Both the position numbers and the translations under genes were made by a program. The notes under the pieces were generated by a model. That model was not told the DNA's origin, made no database searches, and saw nothing but the letters and a program-made list of their open reading frames with translations. This document shows, one piece after another, positions 46,059-56,000 of a stretch of 64,000 nucleotides of DNA. Location: NCBI GenBank assembly GCA_963668645.2, contig CAXXWC010000018.1:96001-160000 (forward strand), in the 5' to 3' direction. This DNA is from Desulfobacterales bacterium. Lineage in GTDB: Bacteria > Desulfobacterota > Desulfobacteria > Desulfobacterales > UBA2174. Positions within the stretch are counted from its first letter, which is position 1; each line of letters begins with the position of its first letter.

Positions 46059-48098
46059 ATGCCCGAAGAGAAAAAGATCATAAAGAAGGTCGAAAAAGCC
46101 GTGAAGGTGGCCGACCCCGTCGCCTCGACCATCGATCCGGCCAGCCAGATGATGATCCGCCGGTCCCAGGAACTTAATATCGAGACCTGCTTTGACCGTG
46201 CGGTCAAGATGAAGCCCTGCAACATCGGCAATACCGGGATTTGCTGCAAAAACTGCGGCATGGGACCCTGCCGTCTGACCCTGCCTAAGGATTACGACGA
46301 AGCCACCGACATCGAGACCCGCAAGGGGATCTGCGGCGCCTCTGCCAATACCGTGGCCGCGCGCAACTTCATCCGCATGATCGCCGGCGGCGCAGCAGCC
46401 CACTCCGACCACGGCCGTTGCGTGGCTGAAGTATTCCTCTCCGCTGCCCGCAAGGAGAGTGATGCCTACAAGATCAAAGACACGCGCAAGCTTCTGGAAG
46501 TCGCCCCCCACCTGGGGGTTGCCACCACGATAGAGGTCGACGGCGAGGTCAAGGACCGCGACATCGACGAGATCGCCGTGGAAGTGGGCGAAGCGGCCAT
46601 GGCCGAGTGGGGCAAGCCCGATGGGGAATTGCTCTACGCCAAGCGCGCGCCCAAGGCCCGCTACGAGCTGTGGCAGAAAATGGGGGTCCTGCCGCGCAAC
46701 ATCGACCGGGAAATCGTCGAGATCATGCATCGCACCCACATCGGGGTCGACCAGGACTACAAGAACCTGATGAAGCAGGGCACCCGCGCGGCCATCGCCG
46801 ACGGCTGGGGCGGCTCGATGCTGGCCACCGACCTGCAGGACATCCTCTTCGGCACCCCCTACCCGCTGGCCAGCGAAGCCAACCTCGGGGTGTTGCGCGA
46901 AGATCATGTCAACATCGTGATTCACGGCCACGAGCCGGTGCTCTCCGAGATGATCGTGGTAGTGGCCCAGAAGCCCGAGATCCTTGAATACGCCAAGAGC
47001 AAGGGAGCCAAGGGTATCCAGCTTTCGGGGATCTGCTGTACGGCCAACGAGATTCTGCAGCGCCACGGCGTGCCCCTTTGCGGTACCTTTTTGCAGCAGG
47101 AACTGGCCATCATCACCGGGGCGGTGGACGCCATGGTGGTGGACATCCAGTGCATCTTCCAGAATGTGGCCAACGTGGCCAACTGCTTCCACACCAAGCT
47201 GATCACCACCCACCCCATCGCCCGCATGGAGCAGGAGAACGCGGTGCACATCGAGTTTGACGAGCACCACGCCCTGGAGGATGCGGAAAAGATCGTGCGC
47301 ATGGCCATCGACAACTACCCGAACCGCCGAAACGAGGTGATGATTCCCAAGCAGAAGTCGCCCATCGTGGCCGGCTTCGGCGTGGAGTCCACCGAGTACC
47401 ATCTGGGCGGCACCTTCCGCGGCTCGTACTACACCCTCAACGACAACATCATCAACGGCCGCATCCGGGGTATCGGCGGTGTGGTGGGCTGCAACAACGC
47501 CCGCACGCGCCACAACGAGGGGCACATCGAGGTGGTCAAGGAGCTGATCAAGAACGACGTGGTCGTGCTCACCACCGGCTGCAACGCCATCGCCTGCGCC
47601 ATGGAAGGGCTGCTGACGCCCGAATCGGCCAAGGTCTTCTGCGGGCCGGGGCTGGCCGAGGTCTGTGAGACGGTCGGCATTCCGCCGGTGCTCCATCTGG
47701 GCTCCTGCGTGGACAACAGCCGCATCCTGCTGGCGGCCACCGAGGTGGTCAAGGCCGGCGGTCTGGGCAACGACATCAGCGAGCTGCCGGTGGCCGGCTC
47801 TGCGCCGGAGTGGATGAGCGAAAAGGCGATTTCCATCGGTCACTATTTCGTGGCCTCCGGCGTGTACACCGTCTTCGGCGTGAACCTGCCGGTCCAGGGA
47901 GCGCCTGTCTTCCAGCGCTATCTGTTCGAGGAGTTCGAAAAAATGTACGGCGGCATGTGGGATCTGGTGATCGACCCCATCGAGCACGCCCGGGCGATGA
48001 TCGCCCACATCGACAAGAAGAGAAAGGCCCTCGGCATCGACAAGGCGCGCGAGCGCGTCCTGATGGACATGGCCGACCGCCAGGCGCTGGAAGCCTAA
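46059..48098 (+). CDS. cooS: Anaerobic Ni-CO dehydrogenase catalytic subunit (AcsA/CooS)
   Basis: CCKNCGMGPC, AAAHSDH, HGHEP, GICCTANE, VDIQC, GCNN, TTGC, GSCVDN and SEKA motifs. Confidence 0.97.
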   Translation: MPEEKKIIKKVEKAVKVADPVASTIDPASQMMIRRSQELNIETCFDRAVKMKPCNIGNTGICCKNCGMGPCRLTLPKDYDEATDIETRKGICGASANTVAARNFIRMIAGGAAAHSDHGRCVAEVFLSAARKESDAYKIKDTRKLLEVAPHLGVATTIEVDGEVKDRDIDEIAVEVGEAAMAEWGKPDGELLYAKRAPKARYELWQKMGVLPRNIDREIVEIMHRTHIGVDQDYKNLMKQGTRAAIADGWGGSMLATDLQDILFGTPYPLASEANLGVLREDHVNIVIHGHEPVLSEMIVVVAQKPEILEYAKSKGAKGIQLSGICCTANEILQRHGVPLCGTFLQQELAIITGAVDAMVVDIQCIFQNVANVANCFHTKLITTHPIARMEQENAVHIEFDEHHALEDAEKIVRMAIDNYPNRRNEVMIPKQKSPIVAGFGVESTEYHLGGTFRGSYYTLNDNIINGRIRGIGGVVGCNNARTRHNEGHIEVVKELIKNDVVVLTTGCNAIACAMEGLLTPESAKVFCGPGLAEVCETVGIPPVLHLGSCVDNSRILLAATEVVKAGGLGNDISELPVAGSAPEWMSEKAISIGHYFVASGVYTVFGVNLPVQGAPVFQRYLFEEFEKMYGGMWDLVIDPIEHARAMIAHIDKKRKALGIDKARERVLMDMADRQALEA

Positions 48099-48140
48099 CC
48101 CGACCCCAAAAGGACCAAGTCCTCAACGAAGGAGGAAGAC

Positions 48141-50354
48141 ATGTCGAAGCTTGTTGCCTTTGCAGCCATACAGGGCGGCTACAACGTCGTCTCCAAGACC
48201 GAGGGCCTCTACCGCAAGGCCCTGCAGACCTACAACGCCGATACCAAAATCGAGTTTCCCAACACGGGCTATTATCTGCCGGTGATCTATTCGCTGCTGG
48301 GAATCCCGGTCAAGACCCTCGAGGACATGCAACAGCCGCTGGCCTTCGCCCGCAAGCTGCTGCCGCCCCACGTCAAAAACGTCAACCACCTGCCGTATCT
48401 CGGCCCCCTGCTGGACGCCGGTATGGCGACCCTGCTGGCCTTCGAGATCCAGGAGGCCCTGCGCATCCTGGACGAGCCGGATTTCTACTTTCCCCAGGAA
48501 GATCCGGACATCGATAACGGCAAGATCTGGGTCGGCCCGGCCGACGATATCATCCTGCGCAAGCGCGGGGTCGAATTCGTGGACGGTTCGGCGCCCGGGT
48601 TCGCCGCCATCGTCGGCGCGGCGCCTACCAAGGAGATTGCCAAAGATATCGTCGAAGGCTACCAGAAAAAGAACCTGTACATCTTTTGCGCCGCCAACCA
48701 GAACGGCACCTCGGTGGTCGAGCAGCTCATCGAGGCCGGAGTCCAGATCGGCTGGAACACCCGCATCGTGCCCTTCGGGCCGGACATCACCTCGGCCATC
48801 TTCGCCCTGGGATTCGCCAACCGGGCCGCCATGGCCTTCGGCGGGGTCCAGCCGGGTGACTACAAGAAGATTCTCAAGTACAACAAGGACCGTATCTTCG
48901 CCTTTGTCAACGCCCTGGGCGAGGTCGGCACCGACTGGGCCGGGGCCGCGGCCGGCTGCGTCAACTGGGGTTTTCCCACCATTGCGGATACGGATATCCC
49001 CGAGATCCTGCCCACCGGGATCTGCACTTACGAGCACGTGGTGGCCAACGTGAGCCACGACGAGATGGTGCAGAAGTCCATCGAAATCCGCGGCCTTAAG
49101 GTCCAGGTCACCGAGATCAACATCCCCTGCGCCTTCGGTCCGGCTTTCGAAGGCGAGCGGGTGCGCGGGGCCGATCTGTTCTGCCAGATGGGCGGCGGCA
49201 AGACCCAGTGCACCGAGTATCTCCAGATGGCCGAGATGAACGAGATCGAGGACGGCAAGGTCACCGTGGTGGGCAAGGACATCGGTGATCTGAAGCAAGG
49301 CGAGGTTCTGCCGCTGGCGATCTTCATGCAGGTGGCCGGCCGCGAGTTCCAGCCGGACTTCGAGCCGATCCTCGAACGCCAGACCCACCACTTGGTCAAC
49401 TATATCCAGGGCATCATGCACATGGGCCAGCGCGACATCGCCTGGGTGCGCGTGAGCAAGGCCGCGGTGGAAAAGGGCTTCACCCTCAAGGACATCGGGG
49501 TGGTGCTGCACGCCAAGTTCCACCAGGATTTTGGCAAGATCCTCGACAAGGTCCAGGTGACCCTCTACACCAACAAGGAAGACGTGGACAAGATTACGGC
49601 CCAGGCGCGTGCCGCCTACAAGCAGCGCGACGAACGGGTCGAGAAGATGACCGACGAAGACGTCGAGGTTTTCTATTCGTGCACCCTGTGCCAGTCCTTC
49701 GCGCCGACCCACGTCTGTTCGGTGAGCCCCGAGCGCACCGGCCTGTGCGGGGCCTACAACTGGATGGACTGCAAGGCCTCTTACGAGATCAACCCCACCG
49801 GCCCCAATCAGCCCATCGAAAAGGGCGAGTGCCTCGACCCGGTGCTCGGCCAGTGGGCCGGGGTCAACAATTTCGTCAACAAGGCCTCGCGCGGGGCCAT
49901 CACCCACTACAACTTCTACTCGCTGGTGATCGATCCCATGACCACTTGCGGTTGCTGCGAGTGCATCGCCGCCATGCTGCCGGCCTGTAACGGCGTCATG
50001 ACGGTCAACCGCGAGTATACCGGCGAGACCCCCTGCGGGATGAAGTTCACCACCCTGGCCGGGGTCATGGGCGGCGGGGCTTCCTCGCCCGGGTTCGTCG
50101 GCCACAGCAAGTTCAACATCTGCCAGAAGAAATTCATCAAGGGCGACGGCGGCCTGCTGCGTATGGTCTGGATGCCCAAGAGCCTCAAAGAGGAGATCAA
50201 AGAGCGCCTGGACCGTTTTGCCGCCGAGTTGGGAGTGCCCAACTTCTATGACATGATCGCCGACGAGACGATCGGTACCACCGAAGAAGAGATCCTGCCC
50301 TTTCTCCAGGAAAAGGGCCATCCAGCGTTGAATATGGACCCGCTGGTCGGTTGA
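48141..50354 (+). CDS. acsB: Acetyl-CoA synthase
   Basis: CTLCQSFAPTHVC, PERTGLCGA and PMTTCGCCEC A-cluster motifs. Confidence 0.97.
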   Translation: MSKLVAFAAIQGGYNVVSKTEGLYRKALQTYNADTKIEFPNTGYYLPVIYSLLGIPVKTLEDMQQPLAFARKLLPPHVKNVNHLPYLGPLLDAGMATLLAFEIQEALRILDEPDFYFPQEDPDIDNGKIWVGPADDIILRKRGVEFVDGSAPGFAAIVGAAPTKEIAKDIVEGYQKKNLYIFCAANQNGTSVVEQLIEAGVQIGWNTRIVPFGPDITSAIFALGFANRAAMAFGGVQPGDYKKILKYNKDRIFAFVNALGEVGTDWAGAAAGCVNWGFPTIADTDIPEILPTGICTYEHVVANVSHDEMVQKSIEIRGLKVQVTEINIPCAFGPAFEGERVRGADLFCQMGGGKTQCTEYLQMAEMNEIEDGKVTVVGKDIGDLKQGEVLPLAIFMQVAGREFQPDFEPILERQTHHLVNYIQGIMHMGQRDIAWVRVSKAAVEKGFTLKDIGVVLHAKFHQDFGKILDKVQVTLYTNKEDVDKITAQARAAYKQRDERVEKMTDEDVEVFYSCTLCQSFAPTHVCSVSPERTGLCGAYNWMDCKASYEINPTGPNQPIEKGECLDPVLGQWAGVNNFVNKASRGAITHYNFYSLVIDPMTTCGCCECIAAMLPACNGVMTVNREYTGETPCGMKFTTLAGVMGGGASSPGFVGHSKFNICQKKFIKGDGGLLRMVWMPKSLKEEIKERLDRFAAELGVPNFYDMIADETIGTTEEEILPFLQEKGHPALNMDPLVG

Positions 50355-50486
50355 TGCGAAACCGGTTGCCGCGGCGGGCTGTGGGCATGGCCCGCACGCA
50401 GCCCCCGCGGCGGCCCTGACCTGCAACGGCATTTGCCCGCGGTGCTCCGTGCACCGCGCATGACCATCATCACTAAGGAGACGAAG

Positions 50487-51830
50487 ATGGCATTAACCGG
50501 GATTCAGATTTTCAAGCTCCTGCCGAAGACCAACTGCAAGGAATGTGGGGTTCCCACCTGTCTTGCGTTTGCCATGAACCTGGCCTCGGGCAAGGCCGAA
50601 CTCGACCAGTGCCCTTACGTATCGGACGAGGCCCGCGAAAAACTGGCCGAAGCCTCGGCCCCCCCGATCCGCCCTGTCGTGATCGGCAAGGGGGTGCGCC
50701 AGCGCACCGTGGGCGGTGAGACGGTCCAGTACCGCCATGAAAAAACCTTCTACAATCAGACGCTGCTCGGTGCCCTGGTGGGCTCGGACATCGCCGCCGA
50801 TGCCCTGGCGGCCAAACTCAAGGACTGGAACGCCTTCCAGTTCGAACGGGTCGGCTTCAACCTCAGACCCGAGCTGGTGGCTGTCAAGGACGTCAACGGG
50901 GATGCGGCCGCCTTTGGCGCGGTGGCCAAGACCGTGGCCGAAACCAGCGAGTTCAATCTGGTGCTGATGAGCGACAGTGCAGAGGTGCTCAAGGCCGGGG
51001 TGGACGCCGCCGGGTTCAAGCGGCCCCTGCTCTACGCGGCCACCGAGGCCAACATCGATGCGGTGGGTGAGTTGGCCAAGGCCAACGACCTGCCTGTGGC
51101 CGTGCGGGCCGACTCGGTGGAAGCGCTCGTTCCGCTGACCGAAAAACTCGCCGGCATGGGGATCAAGGACATCGTTCTCGATCCGGGCTCCCGCGAGCCC
51201 AAACAGGCCTTTTTGGACCAGGTCGCCATCCGCCGTGCGGCCCTGAAAAACGGCAACCGGGCGGTGGGTTTTCCCACCATTGCCTTTCCCTGTGAGATGG
51301 CGGGCAACCTCGACATGGAAACCCTCATCGCGGGCATGTTCGTCGCCAAGTACGGCGGCATCGTGATCATGAGTGACTTTGCCGGAGAGAACCTCTTCCC
51401 GCTACTGCTGGAGCGGCTCAATATCTTCACCGATCCCCAGCGCCCGATGACCGTTACCGAGGGGATCTACCCCGTCAACAACCCCGACGAGAATGCGCCG
51501 ATCCTGGTGACCACCAACTTCGCCCTGACCTACTTCATCGTATCGGGCGAGATCGAGGCCAGCAAGGTGCCCAGCTATCTGCTCGTCAAGGACAGCGAGG
51601 GGCTTTCGGTGCTCACCGCCTGGGCGGCCGGCAAGTTCGCCGGGGACGACGTGGGTACATTCATCAAGAAATGCGGGATCATGGACAAGGTCAAGCATAC
51701 CGAGGTGATCATCCCCGGGTATGCCGCCTCCATCGCCGGCGACGTGGAAGAGGAACTGCCCGGCTGGACCATCACCGTGGGACCGCGCGAGGCAGCGCAT
51801 ATTCCGGCCTTTTTGCGCGGCCGGCAGTAA
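50487..51830 (+). CDS. acsC: Corrinoid Fe-S protein large subunit
   Basis: LPKTNCKECGVPTCLAFA, TDPQRP, TTNFALTYF and SVLTAWAAGKF motifs. Confidence 0.97.
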   Translation: MALTGIQIFKLLPKTNCKECGVPTCLAFAMNLASGKAELDQCPYVSDEAREKLAEASAPPIRPVVIGKGVRQRTVGGETVQYRHEKTFYNQTLLGALVGSDIAADALAAKLKDWNAFQFERVGFNLRPELVAVKDVNGDAAAFGAVAKTVAETSEFNLVLMSDSAEVLKAGVDAAGFKRPLLYAATEANIDAVGELAKANDLPVAVRADSVEALVPLTEKLAGMGIKDIVLDPGSREPKQAFLDQVAIRRAALKNGNRAVGFPTIAFPCEMAGNLDMETLIAGMFVAKYGGIVIMSDFAGENLFPLLLERLNIFTDPQRPMTVTEGIYPVNNPDENAPILVTTNFALTYFIVSGEIEASKVPSYLLVKDSEGLSVLTAWAAGKFAGDDVGTFIKKCGIMDKVKHTEVIIPGYAASIAGDVEEELPGWTITVGPREAAHIPAFLRGRQ

Positions 51831-51835
51831 GATCC

Positions 51836-51874
51836 AAAATTTCGGGGCGCCGGCTTGCGGCGCCCCGAAATTTT
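51836..51874. terminator. Perfect 17-bp inverted repeat after acsC (possible bidirectional terminator)
   Basis: AAAATTTCGGGGCGCCG-GCTTG-CGGCGCCCCGAAATTTT. Confidence 0.7.
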
Positions 51875-51882
51875 CGGTATAC

Positions 51883-51927
51883 ATCCTATAAATTATCTAG
51901 GTCCTATAAGTCGTATAGGCCCCATCT
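51883..51927. repeat. Degenerate 9-bp tandem array (consensus GTCCTATAR)
   Basis: ATCCTATAA ATTATCTAG GTCCTATAA GTCGTATAG GCCCCATCT. Confidence 0.55.
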
Positions 51928-51969
51928 TTTCCCACCATTTCTCAGGAACTACCAACCGAGGGAGGGAGC

Positions 51970-52863
51970 ATGCTTTTAATCGGTGAGAGCTTGAACGTGA
52001 TTTCGCGCAAGATCGGCCGCGCCTTCAAGGAGCGCGACCCCAAACCGATCCAGGAAGAGGCCCTGGAGCAAAAGGCCAAGGGGATGGACTATATCGACAT
52101 CAACCTCGGCCCGGCCAAAAAGGATGGCCACGAGTTGATGCCCTGGGTGGTACAGGTGGTTCAGGAAGTGGTTGACGACGTCCCCCTGGCCATGGATACC
52201 TCCAACATCGACGCCATCGAGGCGGCGCTGAAAGTGGCCAAAGAGGTGCCGGGCAAGCCGCATCTGATCAACTCGATCATGGCTCGCCCCGAGCGCTACG
52301 AGCGTATGATTCCCATCGCCGCGGAGCACAATGCCGATTTTATCGCCCTGATGTGGGGCCCCGAGGGGCTGCCGCGCGACGAGAACGAGCGTGCTGCGCT
52401 GTGCGTCGAGTTGATCTATGCGGCCAATGAAGCCGGGATTCCCAACGAGAAGATCTGGGTCGACGGGATCGTTACGCCGGTCAACATCCAGCAGCCCCAG
52501 GCCATCAGCCTGATGGAGTTCCAGAAGATGCTCCAGGATATCGCGCCGGGCGCCCTGAGCACCTGCGGGCTCTCCAACATCTCCAACGGGCCGCCGAATC
52601 ACCTGCGTCCGATCCTGAACCAGACCTACATGGTGATGCTGGAAAAGTGCGGCATGTACTCGGTGATCAGTGATCCGCTGGACGAAATGCTTACCGCCAT
52701 CGCCAAGGGCGAACGCCAGGACATCGTGGACCTGATCTACGGCATGATGGACGGCAACGATCCTGACATTCCGGGCCTGTCCAAGGAGATGCAGGATTAC
52801 GCCAAGACGGTCAACGTCATCTTGGGCAAGACCCTTTATTCGGACAGCTGGCTGGAGATCTGA
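51970..52863 (+). CDS. acsE: Methyl-THF:corrinoid Fe-S protein methyltransferase
   Basis: Pterin-binding barrel (IGESLN, DINLGP, INS, GLSNISNG) at the end of the acs operon. Confidence 0.9.
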   Translation: MLLIGESLNVISRKIGRAFKERDPKPIQEEALEQKAKGMDYIDINLGPAKKDGHELMPWVVQVVQEVVDDVPLAMDTSNIDAIEAALKVAKEVPGKPHLINSIMARPERYERMIPIAAEHNADFIALMWGPEGLPRDENERAALCVELIYAANEAGIPNEKIWVDGIVTPVNIQQPQAISLMEFQKMLQDIAPGALSTCGLSNISNGPPNHLRPILNQTYMVMLEKCGMYSVISDPLDEMLTAIAKGERQDIVDLIYGMMDGNDPDIPGLSKEMQDYAKTVNVILGKTLYSDSWLEI

Positions 52864-52900
52864 TCCGCGCCGACGTGGCCAAGATGGCATATGTATTACC

Positions 52901-52926
52901 GGGGCCCTGCCGTAAGGCGGGGCTTT
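52901..52926 (+). terminator. Hairpin after acsE
   Basis: GCCCTGCC-GTAA-GGCGGGGC followed by TTT. Confidence 0.5.
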
Positions 52927-52947
52927 GGTGTTTGGGGGTACAGTATA

Positions 52948-52986
52948 GACCGGACGGATCGGACCGATCCGGCGGATCCGTCCGAT
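52948..52986. repeat. 9-bp tandem array with internal palindrome
   Basis: GACCGGACG GATCGGACC GATCCGGCG GATCCGTCC GAT; CGGACGGATC...GATCCGTCCG is an inverted pair. Confidence 0.65.
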
Positions 52987-53015
52987 AAATTCCAACCGGC
53001 AACTGTGAGACACCC

Positions 53016-56000
53016 ATGATCCGCTCCAAGGCCCTGGAAGCCAACATCGCCGACTACCACATCGATGTGGCCATCGATCCGCGTTACGCGGTCCTGCAAG
53101 AGGTCATGTCCCGCTATTACGGGATCATGGAAGGCGTGGCCACCTTTCTCAAGGAGCTGTCGCATCCCTACAAGAGCTGGTCCTTCATCGTCCAGGAGGC
53201 GCGCACCTATGCGTTGGATTATTTCCATCTGCTGGTGCTCAATCCCCAGGGGGGGGCGGCGGCCCAGCGCTTCGTGGAAATCTTCTTCCGGGTCCTCGAC
53301 TCAGAGCGCAGCGACGCGGCGGTGCGCAGCGACGCGGCCGACAATCTGCTGGTGTTCGTCGACAAGATGATCCGTGACAGCGGTGTCGACTTGGCGCGTT
53401 TCATGCCGGCTCTCACCGACGTTTTCCAACGTCTGATCGGCTACGATGCGGATCGTTTCATGATATTTGTCCGCAGCCATTACCAACTGCCGCGTCTGGC
53501 CGAAGCCCTGGTGCAGGCCGCGCCGGCCGATGCCGATCTGGGGGCCTGCAACCAGGCCCTGGTCCGTTATTTTCAATCGACTTACCGCTACTGGCTGGAT
53601 CAGCCCGATCCGCAGGACTGGTTTACCGGTCAGATGGAAGACGCCCTGGGCAGTGGGCTGGAGCACATCTTCCAGGATCTGGGCCACACGGACATCGTTG
53701 CCTGGCAGCGGCGGCTGGAGGATTTGATCGCAGGCGGCGGATTGCCTCAAAGCGCTCTCACCCGGCACTTGGTGGGCTTGACGAGCTATGCCCGGATCGT
53801 GGAGCGCTACCGGCTGATCCCGCGGCGGCTTCTGGCGGCCGGAGGGCAGAAAGGCAACGGCCAGCGCTGGAAAATCATTTTCCTCTTTCACATCATGAAC
53901 ATTCCGGGCCTGGGCATGATCCATGAGGAGACCCTGCGCGACATCAACCGCACCCTGAGCTGGCTGATCGCCAACGAGCCCGATTACCGGGTCAAGCGGC
54001 TCATCGACCGGACCTTTGCCATCCTCAAAACCCGAACCCTGGAGTTTCCCGCCACGGCGCTGAACTGCGTTTTGACGATGGGCAAGGGGGTCTATAAGAC
54101 CGACGACAGCGAACTGGTCAACTACTTTATCGATGCGGTCATCGATCTTGGATTCCAGGCGCCGATGATCGGCGGGGTGGGGGACGACTGGCAGATCAAG
54201 GTCAACAGCGCCCATCTGCAGAACATCCGCACCTGGCTGGCCCTGATCCAGCGCAATCCCAAATGGTCGCCGCGTCTGATTTCCTACCTGATCATCCACC
54301 TGTCCCTGTGCGGGGTTTTCATCAAGGACACGGATCTGTTCCAGCGCGACATCACGAACCTGCTCAACAGCGGGATCGCACCGGTTTACAACCTGGCCAA
54401 GCAGCTCGCCCGGCTTTTCCCGGTCTACTTCAACGATATCGGGGCTGAAGGGAGGCTGCGGGACATCTCCACCCAGGCCGACGAACTGCTGCATCGGCGC
54501 GATCCGCTGGTCCACTTTCTGCGCAAGCAGAGCCACGTGGAGAGCAGCAGCCGGGTCCTGGACCTGATGGAAGCCACCCTGACGTTTTGGGAGAGCGGGG
54601 ACAAGCAGGTCCTGGAAGCCTTTCTGCCCCCCTATCTGCACGCCCAGATCGATTCCCGGGGGCCCTGGGTGGACGGTTCCCGGCGTATCCTGGCACATTT
54701 GCGGGGCCAGGGGATGGACCTGCCCCGGGGACTGCTCGAAGGGCCCGAGGAGCGGATCGGCGCCTGGATCGGAGAAGTCGAAGGGGTCGACAGGATCGAT
54801 CGCGAGCGGGTGCGCCTGATGGTGGCCTTTTACCGGATGCTTCACCAGAAGTACAATCTGGTTTTTGTCGACATGAACGCCTACCTGGCCCTGCTGCGCA
54901 CCGAGGCCTTCCCGGATCTGGACCAGTTGCAGGCCGCCCTGGAAGAACCCGATGTCAAAACCCGTCTCAACCGGCTGCTGGACTACTCCGAGCGGCTCAA
55001 GGAGCTGCTGCTCGGGGACAAGCTTTATGAGATCCGGGAAGATATCTATAAAAAGCGCCATTTTACCGTCGACATCCCCTCGATGTACGGCAGCTACCAC
55101 GAGCTGAAATTCGATGCGCTGGGACTGGCCTTTCGCATCGAATCGCTGGCCAACGCCCTTTTCGACCGGATCATCGAGGAGCTGGACCTGTCGCTGATCA
55201 CCAAGGCGACCTTTTTTCAGATTTACGACCGGCTGCGGCTTTTCCAGAAAGCCATGCGGGTGGACGGTCTGAGTTCCATCGAACTCGAACGCCAGCTCGA
55301 ACTGCTGGCCCACTCGTTGGAAGTGCGCGGCTTTACCTTCACCCAGTATCTGGATATCTTCAAAGGCTTCGCCCTGGCGGTCAAGAATGTGATCAGCGAT
55401 CATTTCAACAACATCCACGAAGCCAACCTTAACCGCATCCTGGACCAGATCCCAGAGCGTCAGATCCTGTCAAAATTCATGCCGTCCGAGCAGTGTGCCG
55501 ATCCCGAACGGCTGCGCCACCGGATTTCAGAGATTTTCTTCCGCGACCAGATCGCCATGAGCCTCGGCCTCCAGCAGCTCGACCGCTTCCTGGGCCGGAT
55601 TCTGAGCACCCTCTTTCACCAGGCCGACCGGCTGCCCAAGGACAAGCTCCATCTGCTGCTCAATTTCGATCCCCAGCGGGCCATGACCCCCATCGATCCG
55701 CCCAAAGCCCGGGTGGCGGGAATCATCTATCTGGGTACCAAGGGCTATAACATGGTGCAGCTCAAGCGCTTCGGGATGCCAGTACCGCCTGGTTTCATCA
55801 TTACCACCGAAGCCTTCCGCTGCCGCACCCTTATCGAGGGGTATCCGCGGGCCGAGCAGAATTTCAGGGACCAGATCAACCGGCACCTGGCCGGTCTCGA
55901 GGCCCAGACCGGCCTGCGATTCGGTGCCCCGGACAACCCGATGCTGCTCTCGGTGCGCAGCGGGGCCGCCATCAGCCAGCCCGGGATGATGGACACATTC

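Noticed and set aside
50368..50414. GC-rich hairpin between acsB and acsC as an ncRNA
   Set aside because: Short, no family features; most likely an ordinary intercistronic stability hairpin.
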